Below, one piece after another: positions 40,052-49,778 of a stretch of 64,000 bases of DNA. The translations under genes were made by a program, and so were the position numbers. The stretch comes from Patescibacteria group bacterium. Lineage in GTDB: Bacteria; Patescibacteriota; UBA1384; UBA12157; JAENIV01. The notes below the pieces were generated by a model. That model had not been told where the DNA came from, made no database searches, and saw only the letters and a program-made list of their open reading frames with translations. Numbering within the stretch: position 1 is the first letter of the stretch; the number at the start of each line of letters is the position of its first letter. The stretch is from positions 2,421 through 66,420 of the forward strand of contig JBAYHL010000001.1 of assembly GCA_041666185.1 (NCBI GenBank). The letters run 5' to 3'.

Positions 40052-40768
40052 ATGAAAAACATAATACTTAAAGCAGAATCACGCGAACTCTTGGGTAAAA
40101 AAGTTAAAACCTTACGAAACGACGGACAACTTCCGGTAGTTTTGTATGGTAGAAAATTCGAAGCCCTATCTTTAGTCATTAATGAAAAAGAATTTTTAAA
40201 AGTTCTCAAAGAAGCTGGTGAAGCAACAATTATTAATATTGAAATTCCTGGAAAAGAAACCGCCAAAGCGCTTATTAGGCATATTCAAAAAGATCCTGTA
40301 AGTGACCGGGTGATTCACGCTGATTTGTACAAAGTTGACATGTCACAAGAAATTGAAACAGAAATTCCCCTTGTTTACGAAGGTGTCTCCCCTGCTGTCG
40401 AAGAATTGGAAGGTAACTTTATTACCAACAAAGACACTATTAAGGTAAAATGTTTACCTGATAAATTGGTTTCGGAAATTAAAGTTGATATAACTTCACT
40501 AAAAACTTTTGAAGACTTGATCCACGTTAAAGACTTAAATATTCCCGAAGGAATTAAAGTTCTTGATGAAGAAGAAGATATTGTCGCTCAAGTGACAGCT
40601 CCTACTTCTGAGGAAGAATTGGAAGCAATGGATCAAGAAGCTGCTGTTGATACTGAAAAAGCACAAATTGAAAACATGGAAACTGAAGCGGAAAAAGAGA
40701 AGGCAGAAAAAGAAGCTGAAGGTGCTGAAGAAGAACAACCAGTCAAAGAACAAAAGAATGAAAAATAA
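40052..40768 (+). CDS. rplY: 50S ribosomal protein L25 (Ctc form)
   Basis: R..G.LPVVLYG, IQKDPV..HADLY and IHVKDL; acidic tail. Confidence 0.95.
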   Translation: MKNIILKAESRELLGKKVKTLRNDGQLPVVLYGRKFEALSLVINEKEFLKVLKEAGEATIINIEIPGKETAKALIRHIQKDPVSDRVIHADLYKVDMSQEIETEIPLVYEGVSPAVEELEGNFITNKDTIKVKCLPDKLVSEIKVDITSLKTFEDLIHVKDLNIPEGIKVLDEEEDIVAQVTAPTSEEELEAMDQEAAVDTEKAQIENMETEAEKEKAEKEAEGAEEEQPVKEQKNEK

Positions 40769-41768
40769 ATATTACATCCTTACGTTGGGATGCCAGATGA
40801 ATATTTCTGACTCTCAAAGGATTGCTCAAAAATTAGAAGATCTTGGATACAAATCGGCTCCTGAAAAGGAAGCCGATTTGGTAATTGTTAACGCTTGCTC
40901 TGTTAGGCAATCGGCCGTTGATAGAATTTGGGGTAAAATTAAAAATTGGAAAAAACAAAATAAAAAGATTATGGTTACTGGCTGTGTGCTACCAACTGAT
41001 GAAAAAATATTAAAAGAAAAAGAAATAGAAGTTTTCAATATTAACGATCTACCAAAAATAATAAAGAAGTCTGAGACTAAAGAATATTTTAACTTGAAAG
41101 CAAAACTAGACAGCAATATTGCTTACATTCCAATTATGACTGGTTGCGATAATTTTTGTTCTTATTGCGCTGTCCCCTACACTCGCGGCCGAGAGGTTTC
41201 TAGAAAAGATACTGATGTTCTATGTGATATTAAAGATGCCTTAGGTAGCGGCTTTAAAGATGTTATGTTGTTAGGACAAAATGTTAATTCGTATAAATAC
41301 GATTTTGCAAAATTACTAAAAAAGGTAGATAAATTACCAAATGATTTTCAATTTACTTTTATGAGCTCTAACCCGCATGATATGACAGATGAAATTATTC
41401 AAACTTTTTCCGAACTTAAAAAATGGCCAAGAGAACTTCATTTGGCGATGCAGTCCGGCGATGACGAAATTTTAAAAAAGATGAATCGCAAATACACAAG
41501 CAGCCAATTTTTAAAATTAGTTGAAAAACTTAAATCTAAAATTCCAAATATTAAAATTACTACCGATATTATTGTTGGCTTTCCTAGCGAAACTAAAAAA
41601 CAATTTGAAAATACTTATAAAATATGTAAAAAAATTGGCTTCCAGAAGGCCTATGTTGCTCAATATTCCCCTCGTACCGGTACAGTTGCCGCAAAATTAA
41701 AAAACGACGTTCTAAAAGACGAGAAAAAACGTCGTTGGCTAATTTTAGACCAATTAATTAACAAGTAA
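40758..41768 (+). CDS. miaB: MiaB-type methylthiotransferase lacking the TRAM domain
   Basis: TLGCQMN.SDS, NACSVRQSA, GCDNFCSYC and DIIVGFP. Confidence 0.88.
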   Translation: MKNKYYILTLGCQMNISDSQRIAQKLEDLGYKSAPEKEADLVIVNACSVRQSAVDRIWGKIKNWKKQNKKIMVTGCVLPTDEKILKEKEIEVFNINDLPKIIKKSETKEYFNLKAKLDSNIAYIPIMTGCDNFCSYCAVPYTRGREVSRKDTDVLCDIKDALGSGFKDVMLLGQNVNSYKYDFAKLLKKVDKLPNDFQFTFMSSNPHDMTDEIIQTFSELKKWPRELHLAMQSGDDEILKKMNRKYTSSQFLKLVEKLKSKIPNIKITTDIIVGFPSETKKQFENTYKICKKIGFQKAYVAQYSPRTGTVAAKLKNDVLKDEKKRRWLILDQLINK

Positions 41769-41779
41769 CTTGTTTTTTT

Positions 41780-42358
41780 TTAGAACTCTTCGTATTTCAC
41801 CTTATCGGGATAAAGAATCATAAAAGGATAACCAACATAATTTCTATTAATTTTGCCAACACCAATTTTCTTTAGAAATTCGATCATCTCTTCGGTAACT
41901 TTAGCCGGATCGGATTTTTTCGTTTTACTCTTAAATTCAATTTCTACAAAATCTCCTAAGCCCTTAACTTTATCGATAGCAATCTCATAACTTTTGTAAT
42001 TAAAGGTTTTTCTTAACTTATCAACAGTGATTAACAATTTAAAATCTAAAGCAGAAAATATTTTATTCAAACTTTTAATATCACTTACATTTGTTTCAAA
42101 CTCATCACAATAATGACTTTTGCCATTTTTATCGTAGTGCCAATTTTTATAAGTAATACTAAAATTACCATCAGAATCTCTTAATCTCAACCATTCTGCA
42201 ATTGGTTTATTTTTAAGAAAATTGCGATGCTTTGGCGTAAAATATTTATCAACTTGCTTATTAGTACTTATAAATTTAGCTTCTTTTTCTAAAAAAACCA
42301 GAAGAGGTTTTATTTTTTCAACTTCAACTTGAATTTCAATTTCAATATCTTTAGGCAT
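41780..42358 (-). CDS. CYTH-domain protein (class IV adenylate cyclase-like)
   Basis: EIEI, DKYF, LRLR, TYK and IDKV.GLGDFVEIE. Confidence 0.9.
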   Translation of the reverse strand: MPKDIEIEIQVEVEKIKPLLVFLEKEAKFISTNKQVDKYFTPKHRNFLKNKPIAEWLRLRDSDGNFSITYKNWHYDKNGKSHYCDEFETNVSDIKSLNKIFSALDFKLLITVDKLRKTFNYKSYEIAIDKVKGLGDFVEIEFKSKTKKSDPAKVTEEMIEFLKKIGVGKINRNYVGYPFMILYPDKVKYEEF

Positions 42359-43538
42359 TAAATTCTTTTAAAAATTCTTCTATTTTTTGTGTCTTTAAAT
42401 CCTTTGAACCACGAACACGGACAGTAATATTTTCGTCTTTTTCTTCTTTATCCCCTACAACAATAATATAAGGAATTTTTTGCATTTCTGTATCGCGGAT
42501 TTTGCGACCAACCGATTCATTGCGCTCATCAATTTCTATTCGCACTTCTTTTAAACTTTCGGCAATCTTCTTTGCATAATCAAAATGTTTTTCTGAAACC
42601 GGCAAAATTATTGCTTGAACTGGCGAGAGCCAAACAGGCAAAGCACCGGCAGTAGACTCTATTAACACCGCCATAAATCTTTCGACTGATCCTAAAATTG
42701 CTCGATGAATAATTACTGGATGTTTTTTTTGACCATTCTCATCAATATAATTTGCGTCTAATCTTTCTGCCATTGAAAAATCTAATTGAATTGTTCCCAT
42801 TTGCCACGAACGGCCAAGGGAATCTTTAACATGAAAATCAATTTTTGGACCATAAAAAGCACCATCACCCTTATTTTCGTTAAAATCAATCTTTTTTTCT
42901 TTCAAAGCTTTAACTAAACCATCTTCTGCTTTTTGCCATTGCTCATCAGTACCAATCGATTTTTCTGGTCTGGTCGAAAGTTCAACTTTAATGTCAGAAA
43001 ACCCGTATCGGCTATAAGTCTCATGAATAAAATCTATTAACTTAATTAATTCTTCTTCAATTTGGTTTTCATTACAATAGATATGAGCATCATCAATCGT
43101 TAAGGCTCGTGTTCTAAGCAGTCCATTTACTTCACCAGGTTGTTCATAACGAAAAACTGTACCAACTTCAGAAAATTTAATTGGCAATTCTTTATAAGAA
43201 CGCATTTCTTCGTTAAAAATCGCGATTGATCCTGGACAATTCATTGGTTTTAAACACCAATCAACTTTTTCTTCTTTCATTTCTTTTTCATTACCAGTAA
43301 AAAAAAGTTTTTCACGATAATTATCATAATGCCCAGAAGCCCTTAAAGTGTCTAAATGGATAACTGTTGGTGTTTTTAGGTCTTTGTAACCCTGTTTGGC
43401 TAGTCGCTTTTTTAAATCATTAACAATTAAATCAAAAAGCAAAGTACCTTTTGGCCACCAATAAACTGTGCCTGGCACTTTATGATTAAAACTAAAAAGC
43501 CCCAAGGATCTACCAAGTTCTTTATGATCTTGTTCCAT
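42351..43538 (-). CDS. thrS: threonyl-tRNA synthetase without N-terminal editing domain
   Basis: DHKELG start, KPMNCP, FRYE, DDAH, GAFYGPKID, QMGTIQLDF and HRAILGS. Confidence 0.96.
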   Translation of the reverse strand: MEQDHKELGRSLGLFSFNHKVPGTVYWWPKGTLLFDLIVNDLKKRLAKQGYKDLKTPTVIHLDTLRASGHYDNYREKLFFTGNEKEMKEEKVDWCLKPMNCPGSIAIFNEEMRSYKELPIKFSEVGTVFRYEQPGEVNGLLRTRALTIDDAHIYCNENQIEEELIKLIDFIHETYSRYGFSDIKVELSTRPEKSIGTDEQWQKAEDGLVKALKEKKIDFNENKGDGAFYGPKIDFHVKDSLGRSWQMGTIQLDFSMAERLDANYIDENGQKKHPVIIHRAILGSVERFMAVLIESTAGALPVWLSPVQAIILPVSEKHFDYAKKIAESLKEVRIEIDERNESVGRKIRDTEMQKIPYIIVVGDKEEKDENITVRVRGSKDLKTQKIEEFLKEFNA

Positions 43539-43588
43539 TTTTTACCTCAAGGATATCTTACTACAGATTAACTATGAGTTCAATAAAT

Positions 43589-44857
43589 TTAAACTTTAAT
43601 TGAAAACTGACGGCAAAGTTTTAGAACTTCTGCTTTTATTTTGATTTTACTTTCTTTTCCGGAAAGAGCATTAAATATCAGCTCAGCAATTTTTTTCATT
43701 TCCTTTTCTTTCATGCCGCGAGTTGTCAACGCTGGTGTTCCGAGCCTAATACCAGAACCAACAAAAGGCTTTTCCGGATCAAATGGAATAGTATTCTTAT
43801 TACAAATAATATTTACTTCTTCCAATATTTTTTGAGCATCTTTACCAGTCATTTTAATTGGTCTTAAATCAACCAACATTAAATGGTTATCGGTGCCGCC
43901 AGAAACTATTCGTAACCCGAATTTTTCTAAGCTTTCTGCTAAAATATTAGCATTTTTAACTATTTGGCTAGCATATTTTTTAAATTGTGGTTTTAAATTT
44001 TCACCAAAACAAACTGCCATCGCCCCAATCTGATTTTCGTGCGGCCCACCTTGCATCCCTGGAAAAACCGCTCGATCGATTTTTTTAGATAGCTCCTCAC
44101 CGTCAGGCAAGACAATGTTTTTACAAATTATAATTGCTCCCCGCGGACCTCGTAAAGTCTTGTGGGTTGTTGCCATAACAACATCAGCGTAGGGGAATGG
44201 TGTCGGGTGAGCTCCACCAACAATTAGTCCAGCAACATGAGAGACGTCTGCCAAAAGATAAGCACCCACCTCCTTAGCGATAGCTCCAAACTTTTTAAAG
44301 TCAATAATACGTGAATAGGCTGTCGCCCCACAAACAATTAATTTTGGTTTTTCCTTTTTAGCGATCCTTAAAATTTCGTCATAATCTAGCATTTCTGTTT
44401 TTTTGTCCACACCATAAGAAATAAATTTGTAAGCAGTGCCTGAAAATCCAATTGGAAGACCATGAGTAATATGGCCGCCTTGATCCAACTTCATCCCCAT
44501 GACTTTATCACCAAACTTTAGCATTGCAAAATAAATTTCCATATTAGCTGGCGAACCAGAATACGGTTGGACATTAGCGTGCCATTTATCGCTCGAGAGA
44601 CCAAACATTTTTAAAGCTCTTTCTTTAGCAATGTCCTCTACTTGATCAATATTAACCTGCCCAGCATAATAACGCTTGTGCGAATAACCTTCAGAGTATT
44701 TATCAGTTAAAACCGAGCCTAAAGCCTCACGAACAGCTAGACTCGCGTAATTTTCTGACGGAATTAAATCTAAAGTTTCTTGTTCGTATTTTTCTTGGAG
44801 CTCAATTAATTTGGCAATTTTAGGATCTTTTTTCTTCAGGCTCATTTTGCCTTTCAT
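43589..44857 (-). CDS. glyA: serine hydroxymethyltransferase
   Basis: LIPSENY, KYSEGY, TTHKTLRGPRG and FPGMQGGP. Confidence 0.98.
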   Translation of the reverse strand: MKGKMSLKKKDPKIAKLIELQEKYEQETLDLIPSENYASLAVREALGSVLTDKYSEGYSHKRYYAGQVNIDQVEDIAKERALKMFGLSSDKWHANVQPYSGSPANMEIYFAMLKFGDKVMGMKLDQGGHITHGLPIGFSGTAYKFISYGVDKKTEMLDYDEILRIAKKEKPKLIVCGATAYSRIIDFKKFGAIAKEVGAYLLADVSHVAGLIVGGAHPTPFPYADVVMATTHKTLRGPRGAIIICKNIVLPDGEELSKKIDRAVFPGMQGGPHENQIGAMAVCFGENLKPQFKKYASQIVKNANILAESLEKFGLRIVSGGTDNHLMLVDLRPIKMTGKDAQKILEEVNIICNKNTIPFDPEKPFVGSGIRLGTPALTTRGMKEKEMKKIAELIFNALSGKESKIKIKAEVLKLCRQFSIKV

Positions 44858-46464
44858 TTAAAATTTTTTAATTTTTCTTCAAAGTCATCGTCGAGTTGTT
44901 TTTTCATTTCTTCATGCCAGGTCTCATCATACTTTGGTAGAAGCGAATTTATAATTGGACAATTTTTTTCTTCTAAACAAAATCCAGGAATATGACATTT
45001 AGTTGCCATAAGTTGCGAAATGTTATTAAACCCTTTTTTCTTTAATAGCTGCTTAATTTTTATCATTTCAATCCGAGAAATTTGTCTAAGTTGTGCTTCA
45101 GCTGTCGAACACGTGCGAAGTGGAAAATAACCAGAAATTAGATTAAACAAATTATATTCTTGAAATAAATCTATTCTTATACCACGCGGTATCATATAAA
45201 GAGCATCTGCAGCTGGAATTTTATATTTTTTAGTAAATTCAAAATAAATTTCAATTGATTCTGCTACTCTTTCTAAATATTCGTACAAAAATTCTTTATT
45301 AGCCCTAATTGGGTAAGGCAAAGTAAAAAATCGATCTATCATACTTAAATCTTTCTTTGACAATTTTCTTTGGCTAATTTTTGAATTATATTTTTTAAAA
45401 ACTTGTTGGCAACGCTCCAAAGAATAATAAATTGAATCAGGCACCATTGGCACTGTTCGGTGACGCTTTTTTTCGCTCCAAACTCGCCAAGAAACCGAAG
45501 ACAAAATTTTAAGTGATAAAACATTTTGCCAGTCACGCATAAATTGATGACGCATTTCTAAAATTTCTCGCCATTTTTTCTTCAAGTTTTTTGGATCCTT
45601 TATCATTTCTTTTTGCAATTTCACGATTTTTCCCGCTTCTTTTTCAAGATTTAACGACTTCGTAAAAGAAAAATCTGTAATTTTTGTCAGGTCTTTAGGT
45701 AAAGATTTCTGTTGTATTAAATCACGAACAATGTTTATTTTTTGCGGATCTTTAAAAATATTTGGGCTAGGATACACATTGCGTGCCGCTAATTCTCTTG
45801 ATATATAAATCAAATCCAAACCCATTGTTTTAAGATATTTTTCAATTTTTTCTACAACCATTTTTCCCTCTTCCGGCATCCAATCTTTCTCTTGTTCAAT
45901 TTCTTGTTTAAAAGCAATTATTGACTCAATTGGATAAGCAATAATACCTGTGCCATAAATACCATATTGCATAATCTTCGAAGCTTCATCTTTTTCAACA
46001 CCATTTTCAAGTAATTTATTTAAAAAATTAATATTTTTTTCTGAAATTTCTTTATATTTTTCTTTAACCGCTTTATTTTGATCAATGCTTGTTGGGTAAA
46101 CAATATCTTCAACAGTTGTATTCGTCCTTCGACCAGAAGCCATTAAAGAAGATGAAAAAACTGCTCCCGTCATCATTGAATCGATAAATTTAGAAGCCTC
46201 ATACGAAAAACAAATCGCTGGCGTCGTTGCAATTGAAGCATGCCCTCTAAGCGACGATTTCTTAATAATTTTTTTAACTTTTTCGTCAATATTTTGACCT
46301 TTATCAATTGCTTCTTGATATAATTCTTTAACCGTTTTACCCTTAAAAGTCATTAGGGCAGAAAGCGCTACAATATCTTGGGGTTTAAGTGATCCAGTTT
46401 TATCTTGCAGAATCGGCGTAACTCCTAAAAATGTCATTTTTAAATCTTTTGTTTTGTAACTCAT
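44854..46464 (-). CDS. putative two-domain FAD-dependent thymidylate synthase (ThyX-like)
   Basis: GHAS and SGRR in the first half; KRHRT, DALYMIP, LRTCSTAEAQLR and C-x4-C-x-E-x3-C in the second; operon context. Confidence 0.7.
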   Translation of the reverse strand: MSYKTKDLKMTFLGVTPILQDKTGSLKPQDIVALSALMTFKGKTVKELYQEAIDKGQNIDEKVKKIIKKSSLRGHASIATTPAICFSYEASKFIDSMMTGAVFSSSLMASGRRTNTTVEDIVYPTSIDQNKAVKEKYKEISEKNINFLNKLLENGVEKDEASKIMQYGIYGTGIIAYPIESIIAFKQEIEQEKDWMPEEGKMVVEKIEKYLKTMGLDLIYISRELAARNVYPSPNIFKDPQKINIVRDLIQQKSLPKDLTKITDFSFTKSLNLEKEAGKIVKLQKEMIKDPKNLKKKWREILEMRHQFMRDWQNVLSLKILSSVSWRVWSEKKRHRTVPMVPDSIYYSLERCQQVFKKYNSKISQRKLSKKDLSMIDRFFTLPYPIRANKEFLYEYLERVAESIEIYFEFTKKYKIPAADALYMIPRGIRIDLFQEYNLFNLISGYFPLRTCSTAEAQLRQISRIEMIKIKQLLKKKGFNNISQLMATKCHIPGFCLEEKNCPIINSLLPKYDETWHEEMKKQLDDDFEEKLKNFK

Positions 46465-47000
46465 ACTTGCCTTTCTTTTTTTTGAGAGCTTACTCGCCCG
46501 CTTTGCCATTGACCACGATAAAGATTTGTTTCGCCCGAAACTTCATAAAATAAAATATGAACAATCCGCGCCCCAAGTTCAATTTCCATCTCACAATTAC
46601 CAGCATTGTAGAATAAAAACGAAAGTTCACCACAGTATCCCGGAGCAACATTTCCACCGGAAAGAACAATACCAGAACGATACAATGTACTACGAAGCCA
46701 CATATTGGCCGTTAGGTTTTTTGGCATATTCACTTTTTCTAAAGTTGTTACAAGGTACGATTCGCCTGGTTTTATTATTATGGATTGTTTTTCACTTTTT
46801 TTATATTCATAAAGCAACTTTGAATTAGCCGAATCACGCTCTTCTAACCCCATAAAACCGCTCCCAGATATTTCATGGACCTTTCCTAAGCATAAATCAA
46901 AACCAGAACCTTCAGGATTTTTTAATTCTCGTTCACACAATCCTTCAACTAACTTTTTTTCTTTAACCAACTTCAATAGCTCGTCAACACCTAAAACCAT
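46461..47000 (-). CDS. trimeric dUTPase / dCTP deaminase family protein
   Basis: GFDL, RSTLYRSG, APGYCGEL, GARIVH and YRGQWQ. Confidence 0.85.
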   Translation of the reverse strand: MVLGVDELLKLVKEKKLVEGLCERELKNPEGSGFDLCLGKVHEISGSGFMGLEERDSANSKLLYEYKKSEKQSIIIKPGESYLVTTLEKVNMPKNLTANMWLRSTLYRSGIVLSGGNVAPGYCGELSFLFYNAGNCEMEIELGARIVHILFYEVSGETNLYRGQWQSGRVSSQKKERQV

Positions 47001-47521
47001 TAATTTCCTTTCCTAAATTTTTCAATTATAATTCCCCGTTTTTCAGCTAGCTCCCTTGACTCCGGCTCAGCAGTAGTAGCTTTGCCGTCTGAACCGTCTA
47101 AAATTCTTAAATAATCATTTAAATAAATAATTTTTTTAACACCCAAATTATTTAATGCTTTCATACAGTCATAGCATGGAAAAACGGTAATATAGAGTGT
47201 TGAGCCACGCAACTGATTAACATCACCGGAATTAATAATAGCGTTAATTTCAGCATGAATACCATTACATCTTTTTATTTTACCAGTAATTGGATCGCCA
47301 TGGACTTTAAGACAACCAACTTCATTGCAATGAACGTCTCCTCTCGTAGGACCATTGTAACCAATTGAAATTATTCGATGGAGATCATCAACAAAGATAG
47401 CCACCGCTTTAACATAAATACAGGAGATTCTATTAGTAGCTGTCACTGCAATATCCATAAAAAATTCATCCCACGATATTCGAGGTCGTTTCTTAAATTT
47501 TTTCGGAGGTTTTTTGTCCAT
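47000..47521 (-). CDS. dCMP deaminase (ComEB family)
   Basis: RISWDEFFM, GYNGP, HAEINA and PCYDC. Confidence 0.92.
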   Translation of the reverse strand: MDKKPPKKFKKRPRISWDEFFMDIAVTATNRISCIYVKAVAIFVDDLHRIISIGYNGPTRGDVHCNEVGCLKVHGDPITGKIKRCNGIHAEINAIINSGDVNQLRGSTLYITVFPCYDCMKALNNLGVKKIIYLNDYLRILDGSDGKATTAEPESRELAEKRGIIIEKFRKGN

Positions 47522-47600
47522 ATTTTTTGACTCCTTTTTTTCTGTCCTCATCTTAACAAAAACATTTCAAAAAAGTCAAAAAATCAGGTATAATTATGGT

Positions 47601-48020
47601 ATGAAAATAATCGCCCAAAACAAAAAAGCTTATCACGAATACGAAATTCTAGAAAAATTCGAAGCCGGTTTAGTACTTAATGGTACAGAAATTAAATCAA
47701 TTCGTAACGGCCGTGTGAATCTTTCGGGTACTTTTTGTCGTATTCAAAATAATGAACTCTGGGTTTTAAATTTGCATATTGCTAGCACATTAGAACCAGA
47801 ACGTACTCGAAAATTATTAGTTCATAAAAGCGAGATCAAATCTTTAATCGGCAAAACCCAGCAAAAAGGACTCACTCTTATTCCGTTAAGTCTTTACATT
47901 AAAAAAGGTAAAGCTAAATTAGAAATTGCTTTAGTTCGTGGTAAAAAAATTCACGATCAGCGCGAAACAATTAAAAAACGTGACACAAAAAGACAAGTTC
48001 AAAGAGAACTAAGCGAATAA
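47601..48020 (+). CDS. smpB: SsrA-binding protein
   Basis: NKKAYHEY, EAGLVLNGTEIKSIR, RTRKLL and GKKIHDQRE. Confidence 0.98.
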   Translation: MKIIAQNKKAYHEYEILEKFEAGLVLNGTEIKSIRNGRVNLSGTFCRIQNNELWVLNLHIASTLEPERTRKLLVHKSEIKSLIGKTQQKGLTLIPLSLYIKKGKAKLEIALVRGKKIHDQRETIKKRDTKRQVQRELSE

Positions 48021-48027
48021 GAATTAT

Positions 48028-48825
48028 TTAATAAATATAGCCCATAATTCGCGAGTAAGAAGCTGAAATAGTACGAGTTGAAATCACTCCAAAACCACGA
48101 TAATTCATTTCGGTAATAGTAATTTGATCACCATCAACCCCATCAACCATACCGACATGACCAGTTTTACCGCCTTCAGTCGTCACAACGATTGAACCTA
48201 CCTGTGGAGTGCTGCCAGTTGCGAAACCGAACCTCTGCGCCCCTGAAAGCCAAGCAATGGCATTACCAGACCAAGGAATATTTCTTCTTTGCGAAACATA
48301 ATAAGTACAGTAGCCATAAGGGAAAGAATGGCTTTCTCCGGCCTCTATGGTAGCAATTTTGCTCGTAACTTTATTTACCTGTGTTGTTTTTACTTTTGTA
48401 CTTGTTTTTACAACAACTTTTTCCTCTTTAGTAACGACCGTTTCTGCAACTAACGGTTTTGGTAAATAACCTTCTGAAACAAAAGAGATTTGAACATTAT
48501 CCGACGTTGACGGTTCAAATACATCAGAAGAAAGGCTGTCAACAACGCCTCGGGCAATGTTTAAATTTGCTTCCATAGAATTAGCCGCTTGAGCTTTTGG
48601 AATACTCAAAACAAGACCTGAGTTTAGGCCCGCAACGAGAAAAAGGCTAAATGATAAATTTTTGATTAAAGGTGCAAAACAACGAGTATTTAGCCCGCCT
48701 TGACTTGGCGAGGCAGGTTTTTCATTTTTAAGATTTAAATTGATAAGGTTTTTTTTGTTTTTTTGTTGAAATAATTTCTGGTTAATAACTTTTACCAGAA
48801 GTCCCGGTTTTTCGGGTGTACAAAT
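48028..48825 (-). CDS. CHAP-domain cell-wall hydrolase (probable ATT start; ORF track starts at 48609)
   Basis: FPYGYCTYYV, W.GNA..W, GHV and EMNY; frame open up to GGAGG-6nt-ATT and includes the signal-like hydrophobic stretch. Confidence 0.85.
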   Translation of the reverse strand: MCTPEKPGLLVKVINQKLFQQKNKKNLINLNLKNEKPASPSQGGLNTRCFAPLIKNLSFSLFLVAGLNSGLVLSIPKAQAANSMEANLNIARGVVDSLSSDVFEPSTSDNVQISFVSEGYLPKPLVAETVVTKEEKVVVKTSTKVKTTQVNKVTSKIATIEAGESHSFPYGYCTYYVSQRRNIPWSGNAIAWLSGAQRFGFATGSTPQVGSIVVTTEGGKTGHVGMVDGVDGDQITITEMNYRGFGVISTRTISASYSRIMGYIY

Positions 48826-49232
48826 AATGAACCTCCATATTAAGAGAGTAATAACTGAATCCCGTCCTTTTTAATGTACCAAACAGTCAACTATTAACTC
48901 TGCGATCATGCTTTAAAGAATTTTAAAAAGGCGCTTTAAAGCACGACAATATCGATTTTACCATACTGGTTAAGTATGTCAAGGGTTATAATCACCCCTG
49001 TTAATCTTGGTATATCTTTTAACAACTCTGGACTGTGGATAACTTAAAAGCTGATTCCAACGCCTCAGGTCCTGAGGCGTTGGGCACAAATCAATGAATG
49101 GTTTAGATTGAATGGACAATATAATATCCCTTAAGTAATTAGCACCAATAGTTAGTCTTGACTTTTTTCCTATAATATGATACATTACTTTGTACTTGAA
49201 TCTTTCTGCAAATCTGACACAGGAGGTTAAAT

Positions 49233-49673
49233 ATGTCTTATCGCGATGAAATACAGAAAAAGGTAGATTTGGGTATTGCTTCGACAGTGGCTATTTGGAA
49301 AATGGTCACCAGCCATTCCGACGAATATCAAACAAGCCTCGGTCTCAATCAAGCAGGCGTAAAAGAGCTTGAAAGACAAAAGAGTCACATCAGTATGTAC
49401 CCGTCAATTGAAGACGAGCTTGCAAGCGCAATACTCAACATAGAGATTGATGGAGAACAGTTTGGCCTTGTTGTTAAGTATGTGTGTGGTTGTGAATACG
49501 GCGACACATGGAGAGAGTGCTTGATGGTTGGTTGTAAAAGCAACCCTTCTCTCAACCTAAGCGTTGGGTATGGGACAACTCTTGTTTTTGCCGTTTCAAA
49601 AGACTGGCACAAGAGAATAATTTCACATCTAACCGAAGCCGAAACTCCACCACCTCCGTGGTTTCCAAAGTAG
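49233..49673 (+). CDS. hypothetical protein
   Basis: Own promoter (TTGACT-17-TACATT), AGGAGG SD and terminator at 49704-49738. Confidence 0.75.
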   Translation: MSYRDEIQKKVDLGIASTVAIWKMVTSHSDEYQTSLGLNQAGVKELERQKSHISMYPSIEDELASAILNIEIDGEQFGLVVKYVCGCEYGDTWRECLMVGCKSNPSLNLSVGYGTTLVFAVSKDWHKRIISHLTEAETPPPPWFPK

Positions 49674-49778
49674 TCAGCACGGTTTACGAACATTCCAATA
49701 TTTAATGACCTTGGTTTCGCAACTAAGGTCATTTTTTTATACAAAAAAAACAGGCTTTTTGACCTGTTCTTTTAACAA

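Noticed and set aside
49034-49042. Perfect DnaA box (TGTGGATAA) suggesting oriC
   Set aside because: Single box, with no cluster and no dnaA/dnaN nearby
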